Of a stretch of DNA of 64,000 nucleotides, positions 60,771 through 64,000 are shown one piece after another. Positions within the stretch are counted from its first letter, which is position 1; the number at the start of each line of letters is the position of its first letter. The position numbers and the translations under genes were made by a program. The DNA comes from Octopus sinensis (Eukaryota), in NCBI RefSeq assembly GCF_006345805.1, contig NC_043006.1:73284001-73348000 (forward strand), read 5' to 3'. Below the pieces are notes generated by a model that made no database searches, had not been told where the DNA came from, and saw only the letters and a list, made by a program, of their open reading frames with translations.

Positions 60771-60962
60771 TTTATATTGTATAGAGGGCATTATTACACA
60801 TAAATGCCACACGCTAAGAGGGACATAAGTCATTACTACCAAAATTTAACTAATCATTAGGGAGCTGCATTAGGTATGATTAGTTAAATTTTGGTAGTAA
60901 TGACTTATGTCCCTCTTAGCGTGTGGCATTTATGTGTAATAATGCCCTCTATACAATATAAA
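60771..60962. repeat. Perfect 87-bp inverted repeat with an 18-nt spacer
   Basis: 60771-60857 equals the reverse complement of 60876-60962; no mismatch found. Confidence 0.97.
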
Positions 60963-61509
60963 TAAATATTTTCAAGTGAAAAAATTATTTTCGAATTTTT
61001 TCTCTTATGAGGTTTTTCACGCTAACTACCTGATAATTTCTTGTTAAGATTCCTTATTAAGATTTTATCCTTAATTGTTATATATATATATATATATAAT
61101 TAATAATATCAGCGTAATAAAGATTTTAGAAATTTTTACTACCAGTGGCCTAGAGTATAGAAAATCAGTCAATAGGCTATATATTATTTATATAAAATGC
61201 AGTGTACATTTAAACACATTAAGAGGTTTCCATCATAGGAATCACTTACGCTGGAAAGAAAAGCGAAAGTCCAAACCACTAATTAGGGATAAATTCTTGA
61301 AGGGAATGAAAAATAAAAACATTTACCATCTCTTTCCTGGACCATGGTTTCTGACTTATTTTAGCAAATAAAATAATTTACTAGGCGAAGTCCTCTTCAA
61401 CAAGGACGCCAAGATTAAACATATAAACACGAAGCCAATCCAGCATGTGCTTCTTGCTTATACATTTTAATTTTTTTCAAATGTACATCGTATTTTATAT
61501 ATATTTCAA

Positions 61510-61640
61510 GTCCACTCACAAGGCTTTGGTCGGCCCGAGGTTACGGAAACAAATACTTACACAAGGTATCATGTAATGGATCTGGACTCGGTACCATGTG
61601 GTTGGGAAGCAAGCCTCTTGCTACACAGCCACGCCTGCGC

Positions 61641-61642
<2 letters not shown>
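61510..61642 (-). mobile_element. Old SINE family B head
   Basis: ccactcacaaggctttggtcggcccgagg...cacagccacgcctgcgcc. Confidence 0.7.
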
Positions 61643-61683
<41 letters not shown>

Positions 61684-61789
61684 AAGTCTGAAGAAAGCTA
61701 CTAAGCCGAAACTTGGAAAGCTCTTTTCAACTTAATAGTTAATTCAATCTTTAACAGACGAGTTCTAGCTTTTGCAGTAGTAAATGTTA

Positions 61790-61858
<69 letters not shown>

Positions 61859-61888
61859 ATCTATCTATCTATCTATATTTATTTATAT

Positions 61889-62276
61889 GGCGCAGGAGTG
61901 GCTGTGTGGTAAGTAGCTTGCTAACCAACCACATGGTTCCGGGTTCAGTCCCACTGCGTGGCATCTTGGGCAAGTGTCTTCTGCTATAGCCCCGGGCCGA
62001 CCAATGCCTTGTGAGTGGATTTGGTAGACGGAAACTGAAAGAAGCCTGTCGTATATATGTATATATATGTATGTGTGTGTTTGTGTGTCTGTGTTTGTCC
62101 CCCTAGCATTGCTTGACAACCAATGCTGGTGTGTTTACGTCTCCGTCACTTAGCGGTTCGGCAAAAGAGACCGATAGAATAAGTACTGGGCTTACAAAGA
62201 ATAAGTCCCGGGGTCGATTTGCTTGACTAAAGGCGGTGCTCCAGCATGGCCACAGTCGAATGACTGAAACTAGTAA
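61889..62276 (+). mobile_element. SINE family B
   Basis: Full head, CORE-like segment and 3' part, as in the 13222 copy. Confidence 0.9.
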
Positions 62277-62416
62277 AAAAAAAAAAAAAAAAAAAATATA
62301 TATATTTACCTGAGAGATTTCGAAGTTTCGGTTTGGTTACCTTGGTCAGACTGTCTGAGAAAGGCAACGAAACCGAAACACTGAAGTAAAAGTAAAAGTT
62401 TTCCATATAAAAATAG

Positions 62417-62449
<33 letters not shown>

Positions 62450-62880
62450 CTCCCTCTCTCTATCCTTCTCTTTCTTTTTATCGCTCTCTGTATATATATA
62501 TATATATATAAATAAATATATATATGTATATATGCGCGCGTGCGCAAACACGCACACTCGCACATAGACATGATGCAACGTACTATACGATAAGAACAAT
62601 AAGCAATCAAGTATGCTAATAACCTCGATAAATTTCGTGTTTTTTCGAATTCCAAACACTACATTTCTTATCTAAATTACACTATACCCAATTTCTACTA
62701 TTTTGCTTGGCGTGATGTCATCCACCTTTCATTACGTCATTACGTATATCAACGCATCCCTTATTCTCCTTGCATAACTCATTTGTTTAACGTGTGTTTA
62801 CTTTTAACATTTCCAAAATCTTATCATTGGTTTCTCAAACAGTTTCCTTAAAACTCTCAACCTCTTCCAACGTTAATCTG

Positions 62881-62928
<48 letters not shown>

Positions 62929-63211
62929 ATACAATTACATATATATATATCTATAATATATATATATATATATATATATGGAAAAAAGGTCAAGGTAGAA
63001 AATGCTAAAATAATTTTATGAAAAACATTTCAGTACCGGTTTCAGTCTTTGAGACTTCTTCAATTGTAAGCATGGAAAACAATTAAAATTTGGAAACATT
63101 TAATGAAAAGTTTTTAAAAGAATATTTGCCTAGTATTCAAATACAAGGGACATTTCCCTTGTTTCTGCCTGTCTCTGCCTCTCTTGTTTACTCTTGTGGG
63201 CTCGAGATCGT

Positions 63212-63256
<45 letters not shown>

Positions 63257-64000
63257 ATGACCGTATCATTATTTATAATACAACAAAGAGTTTATTTGCC
63301 AATTTTTTCAGTTTGATGTTGTATAAATTTATCCGTCGATAACCAAACCTCTCAAACCAAAACCTCAGAGTTCACCAGTATATTGACAAAATTAATGATG
63401 CTAATATTGGTGTTATATTATATATTAGAAATTCGCTTCTTTTTTTAAAAGCTCATTTTGGTGCCAACGAAGCAGGGCAAAATTCTTCTTTTGCAATGGC
63501 AGACTATGAAGGCACAAACAACTCAGTATTGGAAGCATTGCTTGTATTAGATTTCCTTCGCAAGAAAAAAAAAAAAGATTTAATTAAACTTAGTTCGTTA
63601 CGAAATGACTAACAATTTCCCGTCATATGACCAGCCATGAACTGGATTATTTCAGAAATAATTTAATTGAAGCAATTAGAGAATCTAACGGAAAAAATTC
63701 GTGTTAAGATTAATTTATATTTTGTTAATCATAATATATAAGGCAACACAGGAAAAGGAAATTATTTTGGTTCAATCTCCTATTAGCTTGAACATAATTT
63801 CCATTATTGCAAACCTTTCTAAATATAATGCAAATAAATTTTCAAATTAATCATAAATGCTAGAAGCAGCTTAACAAAAAAATTTCAATCACAGTTATAT
63901 GAAAAATGTTTGCTATCTCTACAGGCAAAATGAATAGAAGAAATCTCAGAAGTACGAACAGACAAAGCCACTCACTTCCAGCTCATATTAAATTTCTTCC

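Noticed and set aside
10979-63021. Dozens of ORFs rich in YI, HT, CVY, poly-N/I/L or THTH
   Set aside because: They are translations of (TA)n, (CA)n, (TACA)n and (AAT)n tracts or of SINE bodies, with no domain content.

Overview
This is AT-rich, repeat-saturated animal genomic DNA, and I can support no host protein-coding gene in it. The SINE and microsatellite content looks like Octopus (inference from recalled repeat families). Nearly all supplied ORFs are translations of microsatellites, telomere-like repeats or SINEs. The real coding remnants are all transposon-derived: five R4/Dong-type RLE non-LTR retrotransposon copies, a decayed mariner, and a Penelope-like (Neptune-type) GIY-YIG fragment. 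Main highlights: (1) an intact type I hammerhead ribozyme (minus strand, 53695-53790) inside a 470-bp circularly permuted, retrozyme-like unit; (2) a tRNA-headed SINE with an internal (AAT)n tract and a minimal hammerhead motif, delimited by a 15-bp TSD (17528-23088), whose microsatellite has been used repeatedly as a landing pad by R4/Dong elements at two loci; (3) a 5.7-kb interstitial degenerate (TTAGGG)n array interrupted by a 22-bp minisatellite; (4) several long, near-perfect inverted repeats and MITEs. All alignments and folds were done by eye, and SINE family letters are my own labels.
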